DNA from: a virus
Lineage: Duplodnaviria > Caudoviricetes
Length of the DNA: 27,152 nt
Reading direction: 5' to 3' (one strand)
Virus record (IMG/VR): IMGVR_UViG_3300044267_002011
Location: 1-27,152 of that record
The position numbers and the translations under genes were made by a program. The notes under the pieces were generated by a model that was not told where the DNA came from, did not search any database, and saw only the letters and a list, made by a program, of their open reading frames with translations. Of the stretch, positions 11,201 to 18,036 are shown in pieces (within the stretch, counting starts at the first letter, position 1; every line of letters begins with the position of its first letter).

Positions 11201-12041
11201 TAGTGTGTGAAGTCCCATCAGCACTGGTACCTTCTTTACATCTATCAATATTTATTTTTTTAGGCTCAGTAATACCATCTGTCCAAAACAATAAATTATC
11301 TATTATATTGATTCCGTTTATAAGTGTGTGTGTATCGAAGTTTAAAGCTCGAGGATGTGTAAATCTAGCGTGAGTAAAATTAGCCCAAGTAGCGTCTGCA
11401 GTATTTATTTGATCATATAAATGTATAGTGTTACCATCTATCTTTTTTATTTTAACCGTAGCAAAATTACTATCATTATCACTTTGATAAAACTCAATAG
11501 TCATACCTTCCCTTATTTTTGCCGCAAGAGCAGATACCACGGGGATCGTTGTTATAATGCCAGTTGGTGTAGCTGTCCAGAAATAAAAATCAGAAGAAGC
11601 GTCTGTGCTAATAGGTGTTTGCAGCCCCCATCTATCTACAACGACTGGCGTACTCAAACTAGATGTAACAGTATATTCTACTATAGTATCTATTTTAACT
11701 ATTTCAGTAGTTGAAGTTAGATCAGTTGTTAAAAATTTACCTGATGTAAAAAAGAAATAAGCCGAATCAGTTTTTTCATGAGAAATAGAACCCACACAAG
11801 CAAAGTCAGTATCTAAAAAACTAGTGTCTATAGGTAAAGAACCTGTAGCAGAAGACACACCAATATTTCCTTGTAAATTTTGAATAACACCAGCTTCTCC
11901 ACCTTCCGCTACATCTCCATCGCCAGCAGTGGTTCTAATTTGAATATTATTCGCATCCCTATATTGACCTTGAGGAACTAATCGTTCGTCAAGATCTTTG
12001 TTCATTTTTCCAGCCGTAAAACCATGTTTAATTTCTCCCAT
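5256..12041 (-). CDS. Muzzle / tail stabilisation protein (P22 gp10 / crAss-like muzzle class)
   Basis: 2261 aa; characteristic N-terminus F-x-x-GKMNKDLDERLVPQGQYRDANN and blocks LLFWTDG..EPKKINI, FPRFGYRYKYEDGEYS.FSPWS, NCYSFGNGVESDRIRDDFN, YGIS..PES, YFTD..RGAVLRLS.DGLTPISNVGM, GWVSFKSF; follows the ring genes. Confidence 0.8.
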   Translation of the reverse strand: MGEIKHGFTAGKMNKDLDERLVPQGQYRDANNIQIRTTAGDGDVAEGGEAGVIQNLQGNIGVSSATGSLPIDTSFLDTDFACVGSISHEKTDSAYFFFTSGKFLTTDLTSTTEIVKIDTIVEYTVTSSLSTPVVVDRWGLQTPISTDASSDFYFWTATPTGIITTIPVVSALAAKIREGMTIEFYQSDNDSNFATVKIKKIDGNTIHLYDQINTADATWANFTHARFTHPRALNFDTHTLINGINIIDNLLFWTDGITEPKKINIDRCKEGTSADGTSHTKLFITNPNTEILEDAGSLELSGLNSDLLEEHITVLRPAPKTPPTVHVEARDDAELSFVVDDFYNTDVINGNEVQNVIWDVQEEADDMVGTQVFIGSTFDADANEYNWGVPTPELSQIPFQIGDIFIVSQEDVEEGFTPVIFKVKFLGYLSGLPAFETSPTPTNLIKLEIITAPNFLPSNTMTSWSFKYVDNEESKFELKFPRFGYRYKYEDGEYSAFSPWSELAFDPGLFDYDPVKGYNLGMVNTIKKITIKDFIPYFTDRALDIVEIEILYKSTESPNVYTIKSIKKIRDGEWELFTPNGDLDNNLTTQGGANVQLQNIDTGALEIKSETIHRVLPANQTLRTFDNVPRYALAQEITGSRILYGNFAQGFDIKYPVGLDQDVTSETVNGQPKRSVKTIRDYKVGMVFGDIYGRETPVIVSNKISENLDQYNNLTFSAATDELTIPKDLCAKSNKLSVKQIWDKPGLPGSDPSTMEWMEYVKYYVKETSNEYYNLVLDRWYNARKENNIWLSFPSADRNKVDLETYLYLKKAHGADDAILDKARYKIIDIKNEAPDFIKTDSRNFGLVNITGDTTGDGGAESPIGASDPQINEPFLLTSPSNTRIEVPIDDWEGFLNMYGDNKRGQLFVRVVGRTENPDSGAVFNQITSGDWKKVTHHYVKPAGDPANEKGVVIYEDSFLGSADMVDRFAAAGYPIDGNCATQCLKYYFEFKEDVIENKPEFDGRFFVLIEKDETTEEQIQVTSQNQLTYDEIDQFRISYVDSQEFTPAKQGPYSNGGEGNPDLFGTDNNGLMNSFDAGIEDGGDTVTLTDSVGEVHKWWGFGYFSTGTMRSGVPMTPKAVNYFALGCTHQEYGDLLDEPGNNFRTFMSGNGFGPDIAEFQASGTVHMAHETMSYWQRFKMFHKSSNFHGYDNTGANVADIANNHLVFLDGARANQLHLQEFGTNIEQTGEQGIECADPNSSLIVSNDSINEVGFGDENAPAIWNYKPTALDAGHCGEGLGRMMFSRLGSGWGADSEDSVAGAIWNYFAGPSRGGTYFSFMDDESDNGESHVYKVVTTDPSNEGVSLPAHKSKNNKSRNFGYLRRGNQVNVFNPGGYDEAGNDCDDTTDLSAKLHVYTTVQTDGDNTYDMNFDGENSNCADEFGNQLQKCWEGLDAVPADGGFGFGQYVGQSLGTHSIRVSVFANINEGNLDSETGNLCNHRYHRVCGACNNSNPSLNQTTVNNNYKDDRVCGRESIRFEFRRIDKSNGDILDVGVIPEEFDPRGQAKHDGTQGGIRIKILKPGLITGGEEIEVEEDRAVWETEPKEDVGLDLYYEATHAIPQKLKEGNALAYAPLKSRVFIERTNPSTGGLILDNLDAGGIYDPVSVGGVEYLEDDVIIKVMHRNLPNTQTFGVDVFGIHDTDIGIGDTIVFEHKSGLQTKSVVEDYYVAPTGGANCTFVPQTSYTTTLTFDPTLDQSVSLSPTDNLEAGMSITGGNLPPGLFLDASLNVIGWPTSPSEHFNNTYSQVTGLTTKKPTGYYKIDKDVYKYQVKLGWHNCYSFGNGVESDRIRDDFNAPQIDNGVKVSTTINEYGKEDKSSSLIFSGLYNTTSGVNDLNEFNMGEKIIKDLNPEYGTVQALKTRDSDVVAFCEDRILKVQANKEAVFMADNDPNIVATDRVLGHVSTFKGDYGISRSPESLASDQYRLYFTDSQRGAVLRLSMDGLTPISNVGMTTWFRDNIIGATGYGIKLLGTFDKVNGEYNLSINNNKTISFNEGSKGWVSFKSFVPDQGVSVTGKYLTVKHGTIYEHYKDIIDLDTGEVNNRNLFYGAESLTPDAESTLTIAFNDVPSQVKSFKAMNYEGSQARIDQFVSETVNQSNYTDGEYYNLFGKQGWWVQDIRTDLQQGGISWFVDKENKWFNKISGQQTTLENLDTSEFTVQGIGSPLIVTLPEATTDADGNDTTTTTTTTTNDDGTTDTTTTVEENTYTFTIMNNTENDND
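5349..5375 (-). repeat. Poly-Thr (9 codons, mostly ACA) low-complexity tract near the muzzle C-terminus
   Basis: ACT ACA ACA ACA ACC ACG ACA ACA ACA on the minus strand, within a roughly 35-aa Thr/Asp-rich linker. Confidence 0.85.
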
Positions 12042-12045
12042 AATT

Positions 12046-13401
12046 TTATTTTATTTGCTTACTCATACCTTTTAATACTTGGGTAAACTCTTCAATTTTT
12101 ATATTTGATAATCTTATTTTTGCTTTTCTGGTTTCAGCAAACTTTTCTTTTTTAAATCTTTGTACTAAATACTCTGGTATATTAGATCTTGTAGATAACA
12201 CTCCATATGCTATATGTTTATAACAAGCTTCTTCACAAAATTTATGTACTATCATTTCTGAATCAGTACCTAAACCGTCACTAACATAATGAAGAGTAAC
12301 TGTTTCGCCAGCTAGAGAAGATCCAAACTTAATTAAACCTCTTAGATTATCAATAAAATAAGATCCATTAATATGCGCGTGACTTGGTTCTAATCCATAT
12401 CTTCTACCCTCATTAGATATTTCTATGTCAGAAGAATAATTAATATCATACATTTGATAATCAACAGGAGTTTGATCTTCAAAGTTTTGAGAAGTATTAC
12501 TTGGTGTTTGTTCTGTAACGTTGTCAGAGGGACCAACATTATCTTGAGTTAAGGTAAATGCCCAACCATTAGCATTTAATGCATCTGTGGCAGCGGGAGC
12601 GTCAGATTGGCTATAAAGACCTTCGTTAACAGTGGCACCAGAAGAAGGTAAGTCATCTATATGTGTTACAATCAAATTATCTCCTTGTAACTCTGTTGTA
12701 AATCTTCCAGTATCATCAATAGCTGCTTTTAAAACACCTAATATTTGACCTTCATTCATACCAACTGTATACGTAACCGTAAATCTAGGCCCATCTAAAG
12801 AAGAAAGCGGATTAGTGCCATCTTCCATATCATCATCGGAATCAAATATGAAGTACATGTAACCTAAGGTTCCTGCAGCTGTTTTATACCACAAACTTAA
12901 ATAATCACCATCAGCAACAATGGCGCCTGAATAAGTTGTTATAACGCCGTCTGTGTATACATCATTAGGTACTGTTATCGTGTATTTTCTTTTTATAGTA
13001 CCAAAGTCATATGTGCCATCAGCGTTTTGAGTTATAGCAAATGGATCAGATGTTTTATTAGCTGGATATAATATTCTTTCCATACCATCGTTTCCTACTC
13101 TAACTAATTTAATGTAATTAACATAATCTTGAGGAAGTATCATGGATAAAGTATTAGGAACTTCTATTTCCTGAGATTTAAAAGATTTTAATACGTCGTA
13201 AGATAATTCTTGTATAGCACGCATAGCATGAAACTGAACATCAGTTCTATTTATTTTAGATATTATTTTACCCTCCCCAACATATATATACATAAATGCA
13301 TCTATAATATTCTGCATAGTAGTAAATTGATAATTACCGTAATTAGCAGAGTTATTAGCGTTATAATATGTTGATTGAGTTGTTCCGTCTAGTAATCCCA
13401 T
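12046..13401 (-). CDS. Tail ring/adaptor structural protein with probable internal insertion
   Basis: 451 aa; blocks DVQFHAMRAIQELSYD, LPQDYVNYIKL, GRRYGLEP, LHYVSDGLG, VHKFCEEACYKHI, RKAKIRLSN; lies between a ring gene and the muzzle gene. Confidence 0.65.
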   Translation of the reverse strand: MGLLDGTTQSTYYNANNSANYGNYQFTTMQNIIDAFMYIYVGEGKIISKINRTDVQFHAMRAIQELSYDVLKSFKSQEIEVPNTLSMILPQDYVNYIKLVRVGNDGMERILYPANKTSDPFAITQNADGTYDFGTIKRKYTITVPNDVYTDGVITTYSGAIVADGDYLSLWYKTAAGTLGYMYFIFDSDDDMEDGTNPLSSLDGPRFTVTYTVGMNEGQILGVLKAAIDDTGRFTTELQGDNLIVTHIDDLPSSGATVNEGLYSQSDAPAATDALNANGWAFTLTQDNVGPSDNVTEQTPSNTSQNFEDQTPVDYQMYDINYSSDIEISNEGRRYGLEPSHAHINGSYFIDNLRGLIKFGSSLAGETVTLHYVSDGLGTDSEMIVHKFCEEACYKHIAYGVLSTRSNIPEYLVQRFKKEKFAETRKAKIRLSNIKIEEFTQVLKGMSKQIK

Positions 13402-13403
13402 AA

Positions 13404-14141
13404 TTAGCTATTTTGTTGTTGTTTAATTAATTGCATGTCTTGCATTCCAGCTTGTTGGATTTCCGGTTTTTGAATTGTTACACCAGCTAACATTAATATT
13501 CTTGATACTAAGTTTTCTTCTTCACCAACGTGTAATTGGAAGTTTGTAGAATTACCCGCATCATATAGTGCTTTTTCTCCAGCTACAACATAAGCCCAAT
13601 TAGGTGTTGATGGCGCGGTATAATAACTAACTTCAAATCCTTCGGAATCAAGTACGCCATCTGGTGGTACAGTAGAATCCGTGTCCCAAGTTGTAGCGTC
13701 TGCTGGTGGGTATACTGTAACTGAGCCAGCGTCTTCTCTTACAAAAACAGATCTAGTTAAAGTTGCTTTAGTAAGTGGGTTTGCTTCAGTGTAAGCTATT
13801 TGTGTTTTATTAACTTGTGATAATTGTGTTCCATTTGCCCTAGTAATACTAATTATTTTATGAGCAGCTGGCAATGCTAATGTACCAGCTTCAACAGGCA
13901 CAGTAGTGTCAATATGAAACGGATGTAATTTTTCTTCTAACATTTCTACTTCATCTGCATAAAACATTTGATCGTTAGGTTTTCTTTGAGCAGTTTTAAA
14001 ACCGTGGAAATAATTATCAAATATTTCATTCTGAGCTCTATCCGCAAATAGATTAAATTCTTGAGGTGTTATATAACCTCTTTGTTCTTTATTAGCTAGC
14101 GCTAATACTTTTTGATATACGTTGTCTACGTTTACAGCCAT
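13404..14141 (-). CDS. Tail tubular/ring (head-tail adaptor) protein
   Basis: 245 aa; N-terminus VYQKVLALANKEQRGYITPQEFNLFADRAQ and YY..PSTPNWAY, characteristic of adaptor ring proteins of these phages; downstream of the capsid genes. Confidence 0.7.
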   Translation of the reverse strand: MAVNVDNVYQKVLALANKEQRGYITPQEFNLFADRAQNEIFDNYFHGFKTAQRKPNDQMFYADEVEMLEEKLHPFHIDTTVPVEAGTLALPAAHKIISITRANGTQLSQVNKTQIAYTEANPLTKATLTRSVFVREDAGSVTVYPPADATTWDTDSTVPPDGVLDSEGFEVSYYTAPSTPNWAYVVAGEKALYDAGNSTNFQLHVGEEENLVSRILMLAGVTIQKPEIQQAGMQDMQLIKQQQNS

Positions 14142-14143
14142 AA

Positions 14144-14308
14144 TTATTTTTGTTTATAAGGGAACTGATTATTTAGCCACTTTTTTCTTTTATCACATCC
14201 ACACTCTTTGTATCCCGTTGCTCTCATAGCTAATTCTGTTAAACTTTTTATACCAGTTGCTCTAGTAAATTTTTCAACAGTATCCCCAAGTCCTTTTGAT
14301 TTACTCAT
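14144..14308 (-). CDS. 54-aa basic CGC-motif microprotein (not in ORF track)
   Basis: Manual translation MSKSKGLGDTVEKFTRATGIKSLTELAMRATGYKECGCDKRKKWLNNQFPYKQK*. Fills the gap, has the promoter-like motif upstream, and joins the next gene by the same TAATTATG junction seen elsewhere. Confidence 0.8.
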   Translation of the reverse strand: MSKSKGLGDTVEKFTRATGIKSLTELAMRATGYKECGCDKRKKWLNNQFPYKQK

Positions 14309-14322
14309 ATTATTATATTTTA

Positions 14323-14341
14323 TACTATATTATAGTTACAT
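14323..14341 (-). promoter_or_regulatory. Candidate phage promoter, copy 2 (ATGTAACTATAATATAGTA)
   Basis: Just downstream of a terminator and 14 nt upstream of the ATG at 14308; 18/19 identical to 1790-1808. Confidence 0.6.
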
Positions 14342-14364
14342 AATAAAGCGAAAGGTTAGCACTT

Positions 14365-14398
14365 AAATAAAAATAGCCACCCAAAATGAGTGGCTATT
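14365..14398 (-). terminator. Rho-independent terminator after the 273-aa gene
   Basis: Minus strand AATAGCCACTC-ATTTT-GGGTGGCTATT (one G-U pair) followed by TTTATTT. Confidence 0.8.
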
Positions 14399-14416
14399 AA
14401 TATTGTTTAAAAATTG

Positions 14417-15238
14417 CTAATCCATTCTTTTTTCTATATTAGAATAAATCTCCATACCTTCATCAGTTCTAAACCAATGAGCTAGCGCTGTATATGGATG
14501 TTCTTCAAAAGGAACCGTCATTAACTTTCTATCAGTTGATCCCCACATAAAATATCTTTGATCTTGTGATAGTTTTAGTATACCAGCCTCAACAGCTTTA
14601 ATACCAAAGTTTCTAAGTTGAACATTTTCATCGCTGATTAATTCTATAAATAATTTAGGATTCCTTTTAGCAAATAATAATAAATCTCTTTTTAATTCTT
14701 TAGAGCTTAGATTATTAACTTCAGATCCAACTTCAACTCTCATTATAGCTTCGGCTGTATCTATATCTACATTTTTAGCTAAAGTTAAAGCCTCTACTTC
14801 AAATTCTAACCAGTCTAATTGGTTTTCAGCAATTTTAACGGGTTTGTGTTCATAAAATAACTGACCGTTATGTGGGTGATATAGTGATAAAAACTTTTGT
14901 AAAGTTGTTTTTTCTTTTGGAACAAATAAACTTCCACTTCTAAAAACAACATGTTCTAATCTTTGGTCACCTTTCATTTCGTCAACAAAAACTGTTTTTT
15001 GATTTTGACAGTATTTTATTTCCCTTTCATAACCTTTTTCTTCATCAAACCAAAATAAATTTGATGCTCTTATAGAATATGATAGTGGTTTATTTTTACT
15101 TTTTAAATAATAAACTCTATCTTTTATTTCCCATTTTGGTTTAGCTTTTGCTTTAGGAGCCTCAACCTTAGGTTGTTCAACAACCATTGTCTCTTCAACT
15201 ATAGGTTCTTCAACCTTAGTTATTTTTTTCTTTGCCAT
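14417..15238 (-). CDS. Conserved phage protein encoded immediately downstream of the major capsid protein
   Basis: 273-aa intact ORF with Lys/Glu/Pro-rich N-terminal tail and a helical C-terminal half (LSSKELKRDLLLFAKRNP); function unknown. Confidence 0.7.
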   Translation of the reverse strand: MAKKKITKVEEPIVEETMVVEQPKVEAPKAKAKPKWEIKDRVYYLKSKNKPLSYSIRASNLFWFDEEKGYEREIKYCQNQKTVFVDEMKGDQRLEHVVFRSGSLFVPKEKTTLQKFLSLYHPHNGQLFYEHKPVKIAENQLDWLEFEVEALTLAKNVDIDTAEAIMRVEVGSEVNNLSSKELKRDLLLFAKRNPKLFIELISDENVQLRNFGIKAVEAGILKLSQDQRYFMWGSTDRKLMTVPFEEHPYTALAHWFRTDEGMEIYSNIEKRMD

Positions 15239-15260
15239 AATATAATATATAATATAATTA

Positions 15261-15296
15261 ATAAAAATATAAGGGCGATGCTAGACCGCCCTTATA
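15261..15296 (-). terminator. Rho-independent terminator after the major capsid gene
   Basis: Minus strand TATAAGGGCG-GTCTAGCAT-CGCCCTTATA (10-bp perfect stem) followed by TTTTTAT, 11 nt after the capsid stop. Confidence 0.85.
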
Positions 15297-15307
15297 AATA
15301 AATAGTC

Positions 15308-16804
15308 TTACTTCATCATCATAAAGTTGTTAGCACCTTGAGTAACTAAACATCTTTCAGATAAAAAGTGTAACTGCATTGCATCTAATGCTGATGTAGC
15401 AGCTCCAACAGAACCAGTAGTCCAAGTTTTCATTTTTCTATTGTCTGTTTTAGAAGCTCTATATCTAACATGCAAGAATGGTCTTTTTAAGTTTTTACCC
15501 ATAGTTTGGTCATAAACTGTAGAAACACCTGCTGGTATCATAACACCTCTAATCGCAGAAGATCCTGCAACAGCGTTAATACCACCTCTTGTAGCTAGAT
15601 CATTTAAGTATCTAAAATCAGATTTATAGAAATCATAAGAACCTCTTCTAAATCCTGAGAAACCTAAATTTAATGCCATATCTTCGTCATTTTCAAATAC
15701 TCCATAAGAAGTACCTCCAGCGCCGTAAGAATTCATTGAAGCTAACATATCGTCAACAGCTAAACTAGTTGATCTGTTAACAAACATCATGTATTCTTCA
15801 ATAGCACCTTGCTTATCAAACTCAGCTAATATAGCGTCAAACTCAGCTAAATCAGTAGCAGCATTAACACCAGTTACTCCAGAAGTGATATTACCTCTTT
15901 TTTCTATAGCGTCAAATAAACCTTGCGTACCGATAGCATCACCATCACCAGCGATAAAATCATCAGCGTCGTTAGCGCCAGTAGTACCGATTCCACCACC
16001 ATAGTTGTGTGCAGCATCAGAACCAATAACACCTTCAATCATTGCCATTTCTAAATAGTCATTAAATCTTGCTCTAGTGTCAGCTTCAGCTTTTAGGTAC
16101 CAAAGGTAACCAGATTGACCAGCTTCTGCCGCAACTTCTACCCAACCAATTCTTGATGCATCAGATCCTGATACTTCATAATAATCTTTTAAGATAATTG
16201 GTTTGTTAGAAAAAGATTTGAATGACGGTTCGTTACCACCTCTTGAGTTTTCTGTCATAGAAGCAGCAGAGTTAGTATAATAACCTGTTCCTTTACCGTA
16301 TTCAGAACCATAAACTAATATAGTAGTTGCAAAATCTGCTGTATTACCAGATGTTGGTATTTGAGTACCATCATAAGTTTTAATAGTAATATTAAGACCA
16401 GTAATGCTTGTTGCTATACCTTTGTAAACACCAGTTGGTGCCGCAACGATAATAGTGTCATTTACTCTAACGCCGTGTGATGTCATTGTATTACCGTCAA
16501 TATCTTGTTGAACAGTAATAACGTCATTACCATCTATATCACACTTGTAAGATAAATGTAGTCTACCCTGCTCAGACCAAATAACTTGATCAGATTGCAT
16601 AGCCTCTTCCGCTCCAACTTTAGATAAAAAACCTGAAATAGTTCTCGGTCCGAAAACTTCAGCCTCTTTTTCCATTAAGTCAGGCAGGTATTGTTGAGCC
16701 CAACCTGCAGTGGTTGTACTCGTAAAGTCGATATAATTTGTAGATAGTGTTTGCTGTATTGGAGCTGGAACACTATTCAAATTAAGTCCTGCTGTAATTG
16801 CCAT
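15308..16804 (-). CDS. Major capsid protein (HK97-fold inferred)
   Basis: 498 aa; position after portal and scaffold, followed by a terminator; motifs WAQQYLPDL..KEAEVFG.RTISGFL, WSEQGRLH, GYLWYLK, ALNLGFSGFRRGSYDFYK, HFLSERCLVTQGANNF recognised from Bacteroidota phage capsids. Confidence 0.88.
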   Translation of the reverse strand: MAITAGLNLNSVPAPIQQTLSTNYIDFTSTTTAGWAQQYLPDLMEKEAEVFGPRTISGFLSKVGAEEAMQSDQVIWSEQGRLHLSYKCDIDGNDVITVQQDIDGNTMTSHGVRVNDTIIVAAPTGVYKGIATSITGLNITIKTYDGTQIPTSGNTADFATTILVYGSEYGKGTGYYTNSAASMTENSRGGNEPSFKSFSNKPIILKDYYEVSGSDASRIGWVEVAAEAGQSGYLWYLKAEADTRARFNDYLEMAMIEGVIGSDAAHNYGGGIGTTGANDADDFIAGDGDAIGTQGLFDAIEKRGNITSGVTGVNAATDLAEFDAILAEFDKQGAIEEYMMFVNRSTSLAVDDMLASMNSYGAGGTSYGVFENDEDMALNLGFSGFRRGSYDFYKSDFRYLNDLATRGGINAVAGSSAIRGVMIPAGVSTVYDQTMGKNLKRPFLHVRYRASKTDNRKMKTWTTGSVGAATSALDAMQLHFLSERCLVTQGANNFMMMK

Positions 16805-16823
16805 AATTTATAATTTTTTTAAG

Positions 16824-18002
16824 TTAATTTTTCTTTCTAATTTTAAAAGATCTGTTTTTCATATCAGCAGAAGATTGACCTAGTGCTTTAACTTTAATAC
16901 CACCAACGTTTGTTTCGCCGTGAGTTTGTCTAGCATCTACGTTTATATTTCTATCTTTAACAATTCTATCTTTAATAGCATCTGACTTACCTTGCTCATA
17001 AAAATGTTTAGCAATAGCATCTGCATTCATAGCTGTAAATAAAGATTTATGATAACCCGCCGCGTCGTCAATAGTTGATTTATCTTTACCAACAAATTTA
17101 TTAACAAAATTATTAATGTTGCTTTGAGTTGTCTTTACTTTATCAACGTCTTTTACATTAAACCTATATTTTTTGTCTCCAACATTGTATTCAAAACCTT
17201 TGAAATCTTTATTGAATAAACTATTAGTTTTATTTAAAAACGTTCTTTTACTTGTTTCAGATAACTTCTTTTGATTTTCTTGATCTTTATTGTAATTATG
17301 ATAAAAATTAATAGCCTCTTGTTGTTCAGGAGTTAACTTAACTCCAGCTTTAATTTCTTCATAGTATTTAGACTTTTGCCTGTCTAAGTGGGCTTTAGCC
17401 TCGGCAACTTGCTCTTTAAGGGCTATTTTCTTTTTACGAATTTCTCTTTCATCATCAACATCTTCATTTATACTGAATTTGTCTTCTAATAAGAAATTTC
17501 TTTCTTCAGCTGATAAATGAGATTTCGTTATTCTATAATATTCATCTAATACATCTGAGTCGTCCATATTAGATAAATCTCTATTTAAGTTTACGTAGTC
17601 TTGTAAATCACCACCAGTTTCATTTATAAACTCTACAACCTTTTGAATATTTTCAGGTAGTGGCTTTCCAGGTTCAACAGTTTCAGTAGAAGCTTCTTCT
17701 ATATTCTGTTCAACCGGTTCTGTTGTTTGTGTTTCTTCTACAACCTCTTCCATTACAGGTTGTTCTTGTTGTACGTCTTTAACCTCTTCTATAATTTCTG
17801 GGCTTTGTTCTACGTCTTGTGTTTCTTCTACAACCTCTTCTGCTATTGGAGGTGGTTGACTTAAATCTACTTTTAAAACGCTATCGTCTCCAGCGCTTTC
17901 AAATTTAGTTTCGTCTATAACGTTCTCAACTTCTTGTTCTAAAGATTGTTCGTTATTTTCTTCAGTTACCTCTTCAGTAACTTGTTCATTTAGTTCTTCC
18001 AT
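16824..18002 (-). CDS. Probable capsid scaffolding protein
   Basis: 392 aa with a very Glu-rich disordered N-terminus and helical core; between portal and capsid genes. Confidence 0.65.
   Translation of the reverse strand: MEELNEQVTEEVTEENNEQSLEQEVENVIDETKFESAGDDSVLKVDLSQPPPIAEEVVEETQDVEQSPEIIEEVKDVQQEQPVMEEVVEETQTTEPVEQNIEEASTETVEPGKPLPENIQKVVEFINETGGDLQDYVNLNRDLSNMDDSDVLDEYYRITKSHLSAEERNFLLEDKFSINEDVDDEREIRKKKIALKEQVAEAKAHLDRQKSKYYEEIKAGVKLTPEQQEAINFYHNYNKDQENQKKLSETSKRTFLNKTNSLFNKDFKGFEYNVGDKKYRFNVKDVDKVKTTQSNINNFVNKFVGKDKSTIDDAAGYHKSLFTAMNADAIAKHFYEQGKSDAIKDRIVKDRNINVDARQTHGETNVGGIKVKALGQSSADMKNRSFKIRKKN
17727..17840. repeat. Perfect 24-bp direct repeat (ttgtgtttcttctacaacctcttc) at 17727-17750 and 17817-17840, encoding EEVVEETQ twice
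   Basis: Read directly; the copies are offset by 90 nt, in frame. Confidence 0.9.
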
Positions 18003-18036
18003 AATAAAATTTTATAAAATATTAAAAATTAAAAGA

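Noticed and set aside
14309-14416. tRNA or structured ncRNA in the largest intergenic gap
   Set aside because: Accounted for by a terminator, the promoter-like motif and an AT-rich leader; no cloverleaf seen.
17727-17840. CRISPR-like mini-array
   Set aside because: Only two in-frame, non-palindromic copies inside a CDS encoding a peptide repeat.
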